From: Chrysochromulina tobinii
Lineage: Eukaryota
NCBI GenBank assembly: GCA_001275005.1
Contig: JWZX01002898.1
Coordinates: 1 to 49,855, forward strand
Direction of reading: 5' to 3'
Length of the DNA stretch: 49,855 bases
In this document: positions 1 through 12,096 of the stretch, one piece after another
Layout: each line of letters opens with the position of its first letter
Position numbering within the stretch: the first letter of the stretch is position 1
Notes under the pieces: generated by a model
What the model was told of the DNA's origin: nothing
Seen by the model: the letters and a program-made list of their open reading frames with translations, nothing else
Database searches by the model: none
Made by a program: the position numbers and the translations under genes

Positions 1-3000
1 CGATGGTGGAGCCCGGGGCGCTTGCACCGCAAGAGACGCACAGCACGCGCGATCTCGCGCCAGCCGATGGCCGCCTCGCGCCTTCATCCGATGGCACCAC
101 CCAGCAGCTCACGTACACGCTCGTCAGTTGCCTGGGCGACGAGCTGCGATCGAGCTCATACCACGTGAACGCGCTCCGCCTGAAAGCGAGCTGCGGCATC
201 GGCTGGATCAGACCAGATGCCGCGCGCGATGATCCGTCCTCAGCGCGCTGCATCAGCGCGTGCGCAATCGTGCCGCTGTACCCGAACGAGCTCACGCCCG
301 CCACATGACGCGTTCACGTTCTCGGCAGTCTGCTGGACTCCCATCATGCCGCTCACAGATTGTATTTCCCGTAAAACGTGTGGGTTGACCACGCGCAGCT
401 GAGCATTCGGCGCGCTCGCACGGTGGGTGAGCTGTATTAGGAGCCGAAGCAGCCCAACTCCTCCCGCAGCTGGCTCCGCGTGGCCATAATTTGCCTTTCC
501 GGACGATACTCGGCGCTGGGATTGAGAGCCAAATTTGAGCACACTCAAAGCAAGGGAGCGCACCTCGATTGGATCGCCGAGTGCCGTTCCAGTCCCATGG
601 GCTTCGCAGAGATGGACAGCGTCCACAGAAGCAGCAGCATCGGCGAACGAAGCGCCGATGAGAAACTGCTGCGCCAGCCCATTCGGTGCCGTGAGACTCG
701 CCGACTGGCCGTCCTGCCTCACAGCACCTCCTAAGAGAGCAAATGGCGCCGTGCGCTCCATGCCGATCGCCAAGGCACAGCTGGCTTCTGCACGTGCGTA
801 GCCGTCAGCCCGGGCATCAAACGTGTGGCATTTGCCGAGCGCAGACGTCATGCCAGCGAGTGCAAACCGCGCGCTGATGGTCGGGCTGAGCATCAGGTTG
901 ATGCCCAACACGACGGCCCTATGGCACTCTTGGCGCCTCAAGACCATGGTTGCGGTGTTGCACGCAGTCAGGGCAGCTGAGCACGCAGTGTCGATTGAGA
1001 GGCAAGGGCCATGCAATCCGAGTGCGAAGCTGATGCGACCCGATGCGACTGAGAGGCTACTGCCCGTGGCCGCAAACACCGAAGCTCCGACTGGGGAGGA
1101 AGCCAAGTGCTCCTCGAAGGCGAGGAACGAGATGCCTACGAATACACCCGTCAAGCTCGCGACCAACGTGGCGCGCGTCAGGGAAGCGGCATGTAGGGCC
1201 GCGTACCCATGCTCAAGGAGTAGACGCTGCTGAGGGTCGGTCGCAGCCGCCTCTGCCACAGAGATCCCAAAGGCCACATTGTCAAAGAATGACGGAGTGT
1301 TCAAGAAGGCGCCGTGGCGTTGTCTGCGAGCTTCGACGTCTAGAGAGTTGGCCGGCGGCCTCACATCCCACCTAGTCTGCGGAACTTGGCCAACCACGTC
1401 AGCGCCAGCCACTGTCATTGCCCACGCGCTGGACAGATGCACGATACCGCTCGGAAGAGCCAGGCTAGTCCCCAGGATGGCCACCGCGAGCTCTCCATCC
1501 TTTCGAATCTGAATGGCGGGACAATGATGGCTGAAGACGGGAGCTTCTGGTTCCGCCGTGTGACTCGTGAGCAGATGCTGTGCCAGTCGGCGCGCCGTGG
1601 GCTGCTCGAAGATGAGTGTCGATGGTAGCTCTATACTGGGGCCGGCCGCCTGCTGGAGCACGTTCCGCAACTCGACCGCTCCGAGGGAATCGAGCCCCGC
1701 CTCCATCAGCGGCTTGTCAGCGTCCGTCGGACTGCCAACTGTACGTGCCACAAGGGCAAGCACCTTCGCCAGGTCAAGCCCAGTAGAGCCAGGCTGAGGC
1801 ATCGTGGCCGCCTTCGCAGCTGCCTCGTCAGTAGGCAGCGTGATGGCTACATCGCTCACAAACGCCACTGCACCGGGTGGCAGATGCGGCAGTAAGGTGC
1901 TCCAATTCACAGGCAAGACGGCCCAAACCTCTGGACTACTCGGCAGCACCGCAGCTTGAAGCGCAGCGAGCCCTTGCGCGCTGCTGATCAGACCGTAGCC
2001 TTGCGCGCGCCATCTCCGAGCAATCTCCGTCTTGGAGGCCATCCCGATCTCCCCCCATGGGCCCCACTGCACACTCGCCGCATGCTGGGCGCGTGCACGT
2101 CGCTGCACAGCGAGGGTGTCCAATATGCTGTTCATCGCACTGTAATTGGCTTGCCCGACGGCTCCGAGCAGCGCTGTGACGGATGAAAAGAAGAGGCACG
2201 GCTGCACGGGCACGTGCGCCAATGCACGGTGAAGGAGTTCGGCAGCGCCAGCCTTGGAACTCGCAACCGTGCGCAGCAGCTCGCCTCGTTGATTCGCAAG
2301 CAGCGCGTCGGCTAGTAGTCCAGACGCGTGCCAGAGGCCGCGAATAGGAGGCTGCTGGACTCCACTGATGGCGCTCCGCACATCTGCGTAGCTGCCAGCA
2401 TCGGCACGTACCACCCAAACTCGTGCATTGGCTTCCTGTAGCTGGCGGGCCGATTTTGGCTCGAGTACCCCCGTGCGCGACATGAGAAGCAACGCGGACT
2501 GGTACTCTTTCGCCAACCAGCCGGCGGTCAAGAGCCCCAGCCCTGCAGTGCCGCCGGTGATCAGTTGTGTCGAGGGCGCCTCCAGGACTGGCCCGGCGAG
2601 CCAGAGCACGACCTTACCGGTATTCGCGCCACTTTGCAAGAGTCGGAATGCAGCAAGGTAACGGCTCGTGAGCTCGAACGGACAGAATGGAAGGGCGTGA
2701 GCAATCCCAGCATCAATCCGAGAGGCAAGACTCTGCATCACTCCTTGAAACCATGTAGGGCTGGCTGCCCAATCAACATCCAACGCCACCACGTCGTAGC
2801 GAGCCGTACCCCCGCGGTGTTTGACTGCCGCGGCGGCGCGCAGACTGCTCCACACGCCGCGCTTACCAATCTCTTCCACAGCGGCGCCTTCGCCGGACAG
2901 CGCGAGTGAGCACGAGATGAAGTCGTTCGAGAGGCTGTTGAGAGTACAGGACAGGCGGCACGCCCTGAGCAGAGTTGACTGGCCCACGCAGAAGCTCGTG

Positions 3001-6000
3001 CTGTCCCGAGAAGACACATGACGAAGAGGTCCACGCTCGTGAAGAGCAAGGTGTTTGAGACGGCTGCCGGCAGAGACGAAGACATCAACGCCGAGCCAGT
3101 GCGCGTATTCAAGCGCTGCCAAGCCCACTCCACCAGCAGCCGCATGCAGCAGGAAGCGTTGAGCCCCACGCAGCTTTGCGCGGCCGAGGGCAAGATGCAC
3201 TGTACTCCACGTCACCGGCAGCGTACATGCCGCTTCAAACGAGGTCGACACGGGCTTCCGTGTGACCAATCGGGAATCGGCTCGTGCCATCGAAGCCAGT
3301 GGCGATTGTACGACGCCAAACACGGCCCGCCCAGGCACCAGGCCCCCCACACTGAGCCCGCACTCGACGGCGACGCCCGCGCAATCGCCTTCAAGCCATG
3401 GCACATCGCCGGGGTACTCACCAAGCACGTTGAGCACATCCCGAAAGTTGAGGCCGACTGCTCGAACCTGAAGGATGATCTCATCGCTGGCTGCCAAGGT
3501 GGGCATTGAAAAGGAGGCGACGCGAATGTTCGAGATGGCGCCCTTGGTCTCGTACTGGAGACGGATGGGCAAAGGGAGGGGTGGATCTGAACGTTCGAGC
3601 CTGGGTACAAGCAGTCGATCTCCCGGGGAGGATGCAAGCTCGAGCTCGAGCTCAGACTGACGTGCGATCTGCTGCATCAGAGCGCTAGGCAGATGAGATC
3701 CGGAATGTGCGAAGCATCGCAAGTCCAGCGAGGGTATTTCTTGCCTTGCCGAGCGCGCAAGCCCCCAAGCGCCGACGCCGTGAGTCGATGTAACATGGTG
3801 AGCTAACGCCACAGGAGCAGTGCACGTGAGCACCCAAGCCGTGAGAGACCCGGACGATGAGTTTGCTTGTATGACAGCAAGAGTAGCATCGAGGAGCGTG
3901 AGCTCGTGCCGCTTCGACCAACCTAGCTTGCTAATTGCAACCACCACGGCCATCACGTTGCGAGGGGGGGGCAGCATCGGCGCTTTGGCTTCAGTCCCGA
4001 CAAGGTCATCGCCAAGCACGAGTGCGGAGCAGGGCTTCGGAGCGCCGGAGGACGATGCGGCAGCCCAGGCTGTACGATACGTGTGCTTGTTGAGCAACCC
4101 GCCCTCGGCTTGGAGCTCTCGCGTCTGTATCCCCTCGAGCTGTGCCGACGGGGTGCGACCTTCTTTGTCGGTGAGGATAGCCGCACCGCGTGTGTTCGCG
4201 GCGGCCCACCACACCTGGCACTCGCCCTGCAGACGTGTTTGGCGGATGGCAAACGGTAGACGCAACGCCACCCCCGTGGAAGTCTCGGGCGGCAGAATGC
4301 TCAACTGAAGAGCGGCATCGACGTCCGCAGGGTGCACGAGGGTGCCCTGGAGACTGATGCGGGAGCGCAGCCGAGCGAAGACGTGTTCTCCGTCTTCAAG
4401 CACTCGTTGCAGTCGCCGGTACGAAGGACCATACTGGAGCCCGATGGCATGAAAGCTCGCAAAGACGCTTGTTGGGCTCCTCTCCGTCGCATTTCGTGAA
4501 GGGCGTGCAGGAAACGACAGAAGGCTCGAAGCGCCGTCCTCTGCTCGTCCGACGCAATGGGCATCCCCGCTACCGGAGCCTACGGAGCGCACTTCAAACG
4601 CGAAGCCCCGATAGGTGCATTCAATGGCCTCCACGTCCTCTACGAGGAGAGCGGCGATGAAGCAAACGTCTGTCAAGCCAGAGGGCAGGGAGAGCTGGGC
4701 GGCAGCTGCGGTCGCCATCTCGAGATAGCCGGCCGCTGGGAAGACGACGCGCCCACGGACAATGTGATCCGACACCAACGCAAGCAGCGCTCCAACAACT
4801 GGCGACCGGAACACTGTCACCTCGGCATTCGGCGTGACGAGGCGTTGTTGCGCGAACGGGTGCCGCGAAGAAGCCCATGCAAAAGAGCGCCGACTATACA
4901 CGAGCTTCGGAGGTCCAGAAGCGGCGACTTGCCGGCTGCTTGGGGAGCTCTGCAAGACGGCATGCGAGATGGTGCCACTGTACCCAAACGACGAAACGCC
5001 TCCAAGGTCGGCTTCGGAATAGGCCGGCTGGGTATGCAGCCGCGCGCGCAGCGATCGAAAAGGTGGCGCGAGGAGCCTGTTCAGCACACGCAACTTGGCA
5101 TTGACCGGAGCCACCGTCTGGTGCTGCGATCGGACCAGCGCAAGGAGGCCTAGGAGACCTGCGGTTGGCTCGGTGTGCCCAAGATTGGCTTTGGCGCCAC
5201 CAATCGACAGGTTCTCCGCCGAGGCGCCCAAGGCGCGCTCCAGGGCCCGTGCCTCGGTCGGATCCCCTAGCGCCGTGCCTGTGCCGTGTGCCTCCACCAG
5301 CTGAAGCTTGGAGATGGCTGCGGACCGGATCACCGCGCCGATCATGTTCGCTTGGGCTGAGCCGTTGGGCGCGGTCAGGCTTGCACTCTTGCCATCGGAC
5401 CGCACGGCTGCAGCAAGGAGCTTTGAGATCGCGCCGCCAGAGAGAGCGAGGGTGACTGCACCCACACCTTCGCCCCGGACATAGCCATTCGCTGCGGCGT
5501 CGAATGTTTTGCATCGACCGTCCACCGAGAGCATCCCAGCTCGGGCATACAGCTGATGGGTGAGGGGAGACATCATGAGGCTCACAGCGAGCGATAACGC
5601 TGCCTGGCACTCCACTGCCCGGACGGCCGACGATGCAGCGTGAAGCGCCACAAGAGCAGAGGCACACGCGGCATCATAGCTGACGCAGGGTCCTTGGGTG
5701 CCGAGTACAAAGGAGAGGCGCCCCGCAGCAATCGAGATCGCGCCTCCGGTCGCCTCGTAGACGCTCTCACGCTCCCTGTGCATGGCCGAGAAGTCGGCGT
5801 TCATGATGCCCAGGAAAATGCCCACCTCGGCGCCCAAGAGCGTCTCACGTTTGTGGCTCGCCGAGTGGAGCGAGGTGTACCCCACTTCGAGGAGCAAGCG
5901 CTGCTGTGGATCCATGGCTGCAACCTCGGCGTCCGAGACGCCAAAGAAGCGCGAGTCAAAGCATTGCACGCCATGCAAAAATGCGCCATGGGCCGCTGCT

Positions 6001-8825
6001 TGCGACAAAGGGCCCACGTCCCATCGCTGCGATGGCACGAGGCTCACGGCATCTCCGCCTGCGGGGAGCAGACTGAAGGCTTCGGTGCCGGCGCCAGCCC
6101 ATCGAGCGCATGCGCCATCGAGCCCTGGGTGTGCACCTCCTGCTGCGGTGCATGAGGTGGCCCCAGGCGTGGAGATCAGGCCGGAGATCGAGGAGATCGA
6201 AGAGATCAGGCCGGTACCAGCAAGGGTCTGGTGGATGTACGCACCCAGTGCCTTCACATTCGGGTGCTCCAGGAAGCTTGTGGTGCCGAGCGTGACGGCG
6301 GGAGCCAGCCTGGCATTCAGACCACGCACGAAGCGCACGGCGTCCAGCGAGTCGATCCCCAGATCCATGAACGCGGCGCGCTTTCGACCCGCATCCCATT
6401 CCCGGGTCTGGGTATAACTCAGCTCGTCCATGACAGCGATGATCAGGGACTCGCACTCGGCGAGTGATCGTGGCAGGTCCAGCACGGGCTGCGTGCCCGG
6501 CGCGCCGCCTCCCTGAGCGACGCTGCGTTGGCTCAGATCTCGTGCGCGGAGAGCGTACGAGACCAGCACGCCGTACCCGAGGTTTGCCACGTCATCGGGT
6601 CGGTAGTCCGTCACGAGCTCGCCCACGACAGCGCCCACCGCCGTGTGGAAGAGCAGGCCAGGGTCGGTGCCTTGGGCCACGTGCGCCTGATAGCTCAAGC
6701 CCCGAGCGGGCTCGTATGAACGGCAGCGCGTGATGGCGCACGCCCGGTCGATGGTGGCATCCAGTCGCGCAAGTAGCAAGCCGAAGCGACGCAGCTTGTC
6801 CGCCACTCGTGCACGAGGGAGCTGCACGACGCTCAGGAGGTGCAGGGTGGAGCCAGCTGGCGTATGCAGGCCGAGCTCGGTCTCCCGACGCGCGCTCAGC
6901 AGCGACTCGTACGAGTGTACGCGCTGAGTGTACATGGCACCGAGCAACGCGCCCTCAGGGGAGGTAGCCGCGTATTGGCCCAGTGCGTGGGCTGTGAGCC
7001 GTTGGCGTAACGTCCCTTCTGGTGCGCGCAGTCCGTCCAAGTTGCACTCCTGCTCGAGTTGGAGCAGGTTGGGCAGCTCGGAAAGGGTTGCCAGGCGGAT
7101 TGTGATGCCTGCGGGCCGCAACTGCTGCAGCACGATTCGCGTGTACGGTGCATCCTTTGGGTAAGTGAGCAGGCCCTCCTCCGGGAGTAGCCCGGCGCTC
7201 GCCGCCCCGAGCGAGAAGTGAGTCGCAGGCATCAAGAGCTGACCCGAGTGGGCCTGCACCGCGTCGAAGTGCATCGAAGTCGACTCCTCCATGTACCTGC
7301 GCGTCGAGATCACGTCGAGATTGGAGACCTCGAGCACGAGGAGCCCATGGCGCCCAAGACAGCGCTCCCAGCGTTCCCAATGCTCAATGAGGGACGCGAA
7401 TGCCTGCGAGGGCGTCACTAATCGACCGTTGGCCCCACTGGCCCCACTGGCCCCATTGGCCACGTACGCGGCATCACTCGCGTCGATCGCGTGCGCCACG
7501 AGCGGATCCAGAGGACGCTCTGCCAGGAGAAAGGGGCGGTCGTGGTCGAGGAAGGAGCGTACATGCAGGACTTGGTCGCGCGTGACGCCAAACTGACTCT
7601 CGAGGTTCGCCTGCATCGGCTGCGGGTCGCCTATGTCTCCAAACATAAGTCCATGCGGCGCGCCGGCCGCCGTCAGCGTGGAGCCGGTCTCCTTGAGCGA
7701 GTCGGTGTTGAAGTCGACACCGCACATTGTAAGCGGGTGAGTGCCCAGGTGCTGGCCGCGCCGCGTCTCTGCCCGGATGTACAAGTACGTGGTCTTCAGG
7801 AGAGTGCCGTCACCGCACCCCATGTCGGCAATGACGCGTGGCTGCTGATCGAGAGGCTCTTCGTCGAAGATGCGCTTGACGCAGACGCTCATCATGTCGG
7901 CAAAGTATCGATTGTGCATGAAGCCCGAGCCGATGACATTGAGCTTGCGGTCGACCCACGCCTCATGCGACCCGTCGTACCTGAAGACGCTACCGGTCGA
8001 TCCAAAGGTGGCCTCGCCCAGCAGGTGAAGCATCGGCCGGTACGAGAGGCATACGCCAAAAGCGGGGCAGCGCTCGATGATGAACAGCCCGGCCTCACTC
8101 AAGGCGAGCAGCTGTGAAGCAGCCGTGTACGTGCCCCACTGCTGCGACACGAAGAATTCTCCGATGCGTTCTGCGGTGGTCTCGTCGACTGACGCTAGGC
8201 TCACCGTAGGCGAAGCATGCTCGTGCGCACCTTCGTCTGCTTTGGCCGTGTACGAGCTCGAGAGCATGCGAAGCTCAAGCAGGAGCGGTGCGATCACGGA
8301 GCCGGCTAGCATCTGCAGTAGATGTGGCACGTCTGCTGCATCGTCTGGCAGCGCCCAGCCCGCCGTGATGCTTGGCAGCCACTTCGCCAAACGAGGCAGG
8401 TGGGTACCCCATGCTATATCAGTGCGCTCGCTGCTGCTGCTCTGTCCGTAAACGTCTTCGCAGAGCGCCGCGAGAGTCGGACTTGCAGCACAACTGGCTA
8501 CGCTCCTCGTCGTGTGGTACACGCCCTGTTCGTGCGTCACCCAGCCCAAGGTGGAGAGTGTCCGCAGCATGATTGCCAGATGGCCAGAATTTGCGCGCAA
8601 CTGAATGCTGAGCTGCTCAAGCGTCGCCTCGGAGGCCAGCAGCGAGGAGATCACTGAGCGGCTGTGGTAGAGCGTGGCCACAACAGCAAAGCCGTGTGGC
8701 CAAAGATGATAGCTCTCGGCACCAATCGTGACTGCAAGTGAGGCGCCACCGCCTCTGAGAGCAACCCACGTGTGCCGGCGGCCCTTGCTCGCTTCTGGTG
8801 TGCACTCACAATAGGCTCGTGCCAT
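1..8825 (-). CDS. Modular type I AT-less (trans-AT-like) polyketide synthase, 5' part: MT-GNAT-ACP | KS-DH-ER-KR-ACP | KS-... (continues off the left edge)
   Basis: KS motifs DPQQRLLLE, DAACAS/DTACSA, EAHGTG, GHTE/GHAE (two copies); DH HIVRGRVVFP and HPADVDAALQ; ER GLNFRDVL and HAAAGGVG; KR ITGGTAGLG and GQANYSAMN; ACPs GIDSL and GLDSL; N-terminal DMGCGDG methyltransferase plus GNAT-like domain; no GHSxG AT motif seen. Likely ATG 8825 with an in-frame 78-nt intron 8809-8732 (GTGAGT...TTGCAG). A 1-nt frameshift near 297-299 hides the continuation GVSSFGYSGTIAH..., which is open to base 1. Confidence 0.95.
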
Positions 8826-9099
8826 GTTCCCGCGAGGAATGGATGAGGCCCAGGATCGCGCGTGTCCGAGAGCGCAGGACGAACGCCGCGACGACGAAAT
8901 CTCGCAATCCGTTTTAGGCGAGCTCAAATTTCTCATGATGACATCAAAAGATTAGGTGTTGAAGGGAGTGAACGAGTAGAGACCTGTCGTGAAATCCCTG
9001 CCCAGTGGCACTGTACAAGTCCTTGAAACTCTCAACCTCTCTCAAACGAAGGCGGCGGCCGTTCTGGAAGGCCGAGGCTGACGAAACTCTCAACCTCGC

Positions 9100-10565
9100 T
9101 CAAAGGAAGGCGGCGGCCGTTGGAAGGCCGAGGGTGACGCTGGCGACTCCTGCGGCGGCCAGGACCATGACCGCGGCGACCCCAAAGTGCAGCCCTTGGG
9201 GAAGGGCGCGAGGGCGCGCCGTATCTGTCACGTAAGCGAGGATGGATGAGAAGAGGAGTGTGCCAACGGCGCGTGTAAGCTCTGCGACGGAGCCGAGAGC
9301 GCCCAACAGCGCGCCTCGCTCGTCCTCGCCGCCCATGTTGGCCACAAATGCTTGGAGCGCCGGCTGCCACATGCTGCCCACCGCCACGACGAGAATGCCG
9401 CCGATGAACCCGCCCGCGGAGGGCGAGGCGCCGATGGTGAGCAGGCCGGCAGCGAAGGCGAGCATGCCGGTGAGGATGGCCTGGCGCATCCCGAGGAGGG
9501 GCACGAGGAGGCGAGGGAAGATGGCGACACTCAGGCCGACGAGCAGCATGAGCGGCCCCGCTTGCTCCTGCGTCCACCCGAAGCGCAGGCTCGTGTACTC
9601 TGGAAAGTGGTCGAGAGAGACTTGGGCCAAGGTGACTAGGGTCCATGCGACCGAGACGCCGCTCAGCACTGCGCTGGTTGAGAAGAGACCCCGAAGCAGT
9701 GCGAACGGGTGGCTCGCGCTCGGGTCGAGAGCCTTCTTGCGCTGCGCCTTTGGAAGCGACTCGGGGAGCACGAACAGAATGAGCGCGCAATTGACGAGCT
9801 GGATCGCGGCCCCAATGAGCATTGGAGGGCGCGGCCCATACTTCGCACCGAGGATGCCTCCTATGGGGAAGCCGACGGTGAGGCCCAATCCTATCGACAG
9901 GCCCTGGAAGATGCCGAGGTGCGTGGCGCGCTTGTTGGGCGCCGAGCAATCGGTGACGTACGCCTGGCAGATGTACGTCATGCACGAAGAGAACCCGTCC
10001 AAGACATCTGCCAGATAGAGCGCGGCTGGCCCGCGGGCTGTCGCCTGTAACAGGTGGGTCAGCATGAAGCCGAACGCTGACCAGGCCATGAGAGGCTTGC
10101 GGCCAAGCACGTCGGACAGGGAGGCGAGGACTCCGACGCCGAGGAAGGTGAGCAGCTTGTCCACAAACTCAACCCGGCCACCCAATGCAATGGAGTGCGG
10201 AGAGGGTTTTGTCGTCCCGGTGATCTGTGCGATGAGGAACGCGATGTTGATGGCGTCTGTGCGCGAGAACCGATCGGTCACACGATGAGAGGGCACAGCA
10301 TGTGCAGAGGAGCGGCCCTTCGGCTCCACGCACTGAAGCTCAACGAGACAAAGTACAGAAAGTTGGGAAGGAGTGCCCAGTAGAAGGATGGTGTGATCGT
10401 GGGCGCTGCGACTGCCTTGGCAGCCTGCAGCGTCGGCTTTGAAGCATACACAGAGGACCGTGCAGAGGGAGCAAGTGAGGGCCGGGTCAGGCCTCGACCT
10501 GCTGGCACCTCTGAGGATGCGGCCAACGCGCCGCAAAGGAGCGCTAGCGCGATGACTCGTCGCAT
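9100..10565 (-). CDS. Major facilitator superfamily transporter (TetA/DHA1/MFSD14-like) with N-terminal signal-like extension; 2 exons
   Basis: Motif A-like ASLSDVLGRKP, AYVTD, G-rich motif C (GLTVGFPIGGILG), ERGALLG, many hydrophobic helices. ATG 10565 (MRRVIALALLCGALAA). Intron 10333-10257 (GTGCGT...GCACAG) joins the two frames as SLSF-N-AINIA. Confidence 0.9.
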
Positions 10566-10621
10566 GATAATTGAGGGGGAAAATCTCCGAGGCGCGAGGT
10601 TGTGGGTGACCGCTTTTGAAA

Positions 10622-11629
10622 ATGCCAATAGCAGAGCGTCTCAAGGGCAGCCCTTTCGTCCTCGCTGACAAGAAGAAGGTCGAGACGGCGCCGGCCAAGA
10701 GCGAACAGAAGTGGACGTTCGCACCACTGGTCGCATCGGTGTCGGTCTTCGCGCTCGCCGGAGCGCTGTGCTGGGTCTCGCCTTCCGAGGTCCTCAGCGC
10801 CGCGGGCTTGGATAGCAACAACGTCCCTGCGAGACTTTACATGCGCCAGGGTGCGAAACTCGCAGATTCTCCAATGACAGAAACGAAAGCCTGCGCTGTC
10901 GTACACCCACTGCCGCAACGAAAATCCTCGCTGAGGCGCGCATGTTTGACTCCCGAGTGGCAGTGGGTGCATGGCAGCTGGTCGCGGCGTGCGTGTTGTG
11001 GACAGGGCATGTGAACGGCGTGCAGGCGGCCTCCAGGGCAGCTCTCCTGGCCAGCGCCCTCGCCGTTCTGGCGTGCATCCCGGTGAACGAGTATCTCGAC
11101 CGCCCCAAGAACGAGGCAGTAGCGGGCGTTGTGACTCTGGCGGCACTGGGCATCCTCAACGGGCGGGTGAGTGCTCCGTCCTCCCGAGGCGTCCTCCCGC
11201 TCACACCGGCTCTGCCGCAGTCAGGCTGACGCAACCCGATCTGCTGTGCGCGCGGCCGCGCAGTTGGGGGGCCCTCGCGTCGCAGCGGGCGTCCTGAGCT
11301 TCATAGGCCTCCTGATACACTTCACACCTATCGAGACGGCGGAGCTCTATCAGATTCAGGCGGAGCAGCGGTCGCCGCTGCTGTTCGTCATGATTAGCCT
11401 GATGGGGGCGACGATCTTTACAAGCGGACTCTTCGTGGGCGCGCTTGCAATGGGCCTCGCGCACCCGCGCGCCCTTGCAGGCTCCTTGCTTGCGAACGCC
11501 GTCCTCACGTCCAATCTGGCGACCCGAGATGCAGCCTACCTCGGCATAGGGGCACCGAAGACGGCTCCGCTCGTGTGGAGCGTCATCACGACGGGCCTCG
11601 CGGCGAGTGCCCTCGTGCTCTCGCGGTGA
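10622..11629 (+). CDS. Uncharacterised multi-pass membrane protein; 3 exons
   Basis: Three hydrophobic ORF segments join in frame through GT-AG introns 10851-10963 and 11167-11263; ATG 10622, TGA 11627-11629. Confidence 0.7.
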
Positions 11630-12096
11630 CTCGTTCGGGGACAGAGAGCTGCAAATGAACCACTCACCCGCTGCAGGGGCTCGCAGCATGACCCCATGCA
11701 TGCTTCAAAGCCCATGAGCGCGGCACTCACATGTACTTTAGATCCATATAGATGACCCTTCAGCTCCATAGATAAGATTTGAATTGAAGAGATTTGAAGA
11801 GATTACGGTTTCGTCAGCACACGCCAACAAATTTAGCGTCCTTATTGTACACGTTGGAGGCCCCAGGCCCCTCCTCAGCTCCTAATCTTGAGTGCACTAC
11901 CGAAGATTCCGAGCAGGCGGCCGAGTCATGACCCACCTAATCACACTGCACTAATCACACCACAGAGTCAGCGCGCGAAGAGCATGGAGAACCCTGACGC
12001 GATCCCTGACGCTGCGCAAGAGGCCATTCTCTGCGTTGAACGGCTGACTGCGAGTCGCTCGCCGGTCCCGTAGTCGCGTGCGTTGGCCTCTTGCAA

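Noticed and set aside
6220..8825. Calling the PKS sxtA (saxitoxin)
   Set aside because: SxtA ends in a PLP-dependent AONS-type domain after the ACP; here the ACP is followed by KS extension modules.
8826..8936. ORF-track start of the PKS at 8936
   Set aside because: The extra 37 residues look like UTR read-through; ATG 8825 followed by a canonical intron is preferred, though unproven.
10566..10821. N-terminal part of the 573-aa ORF 9100..10821 as the MFS start
   Set aside because: It overlaps the opposite-strand gene and is not protein-like; a spliced model from ATG 10565 with canonical sites fits better.
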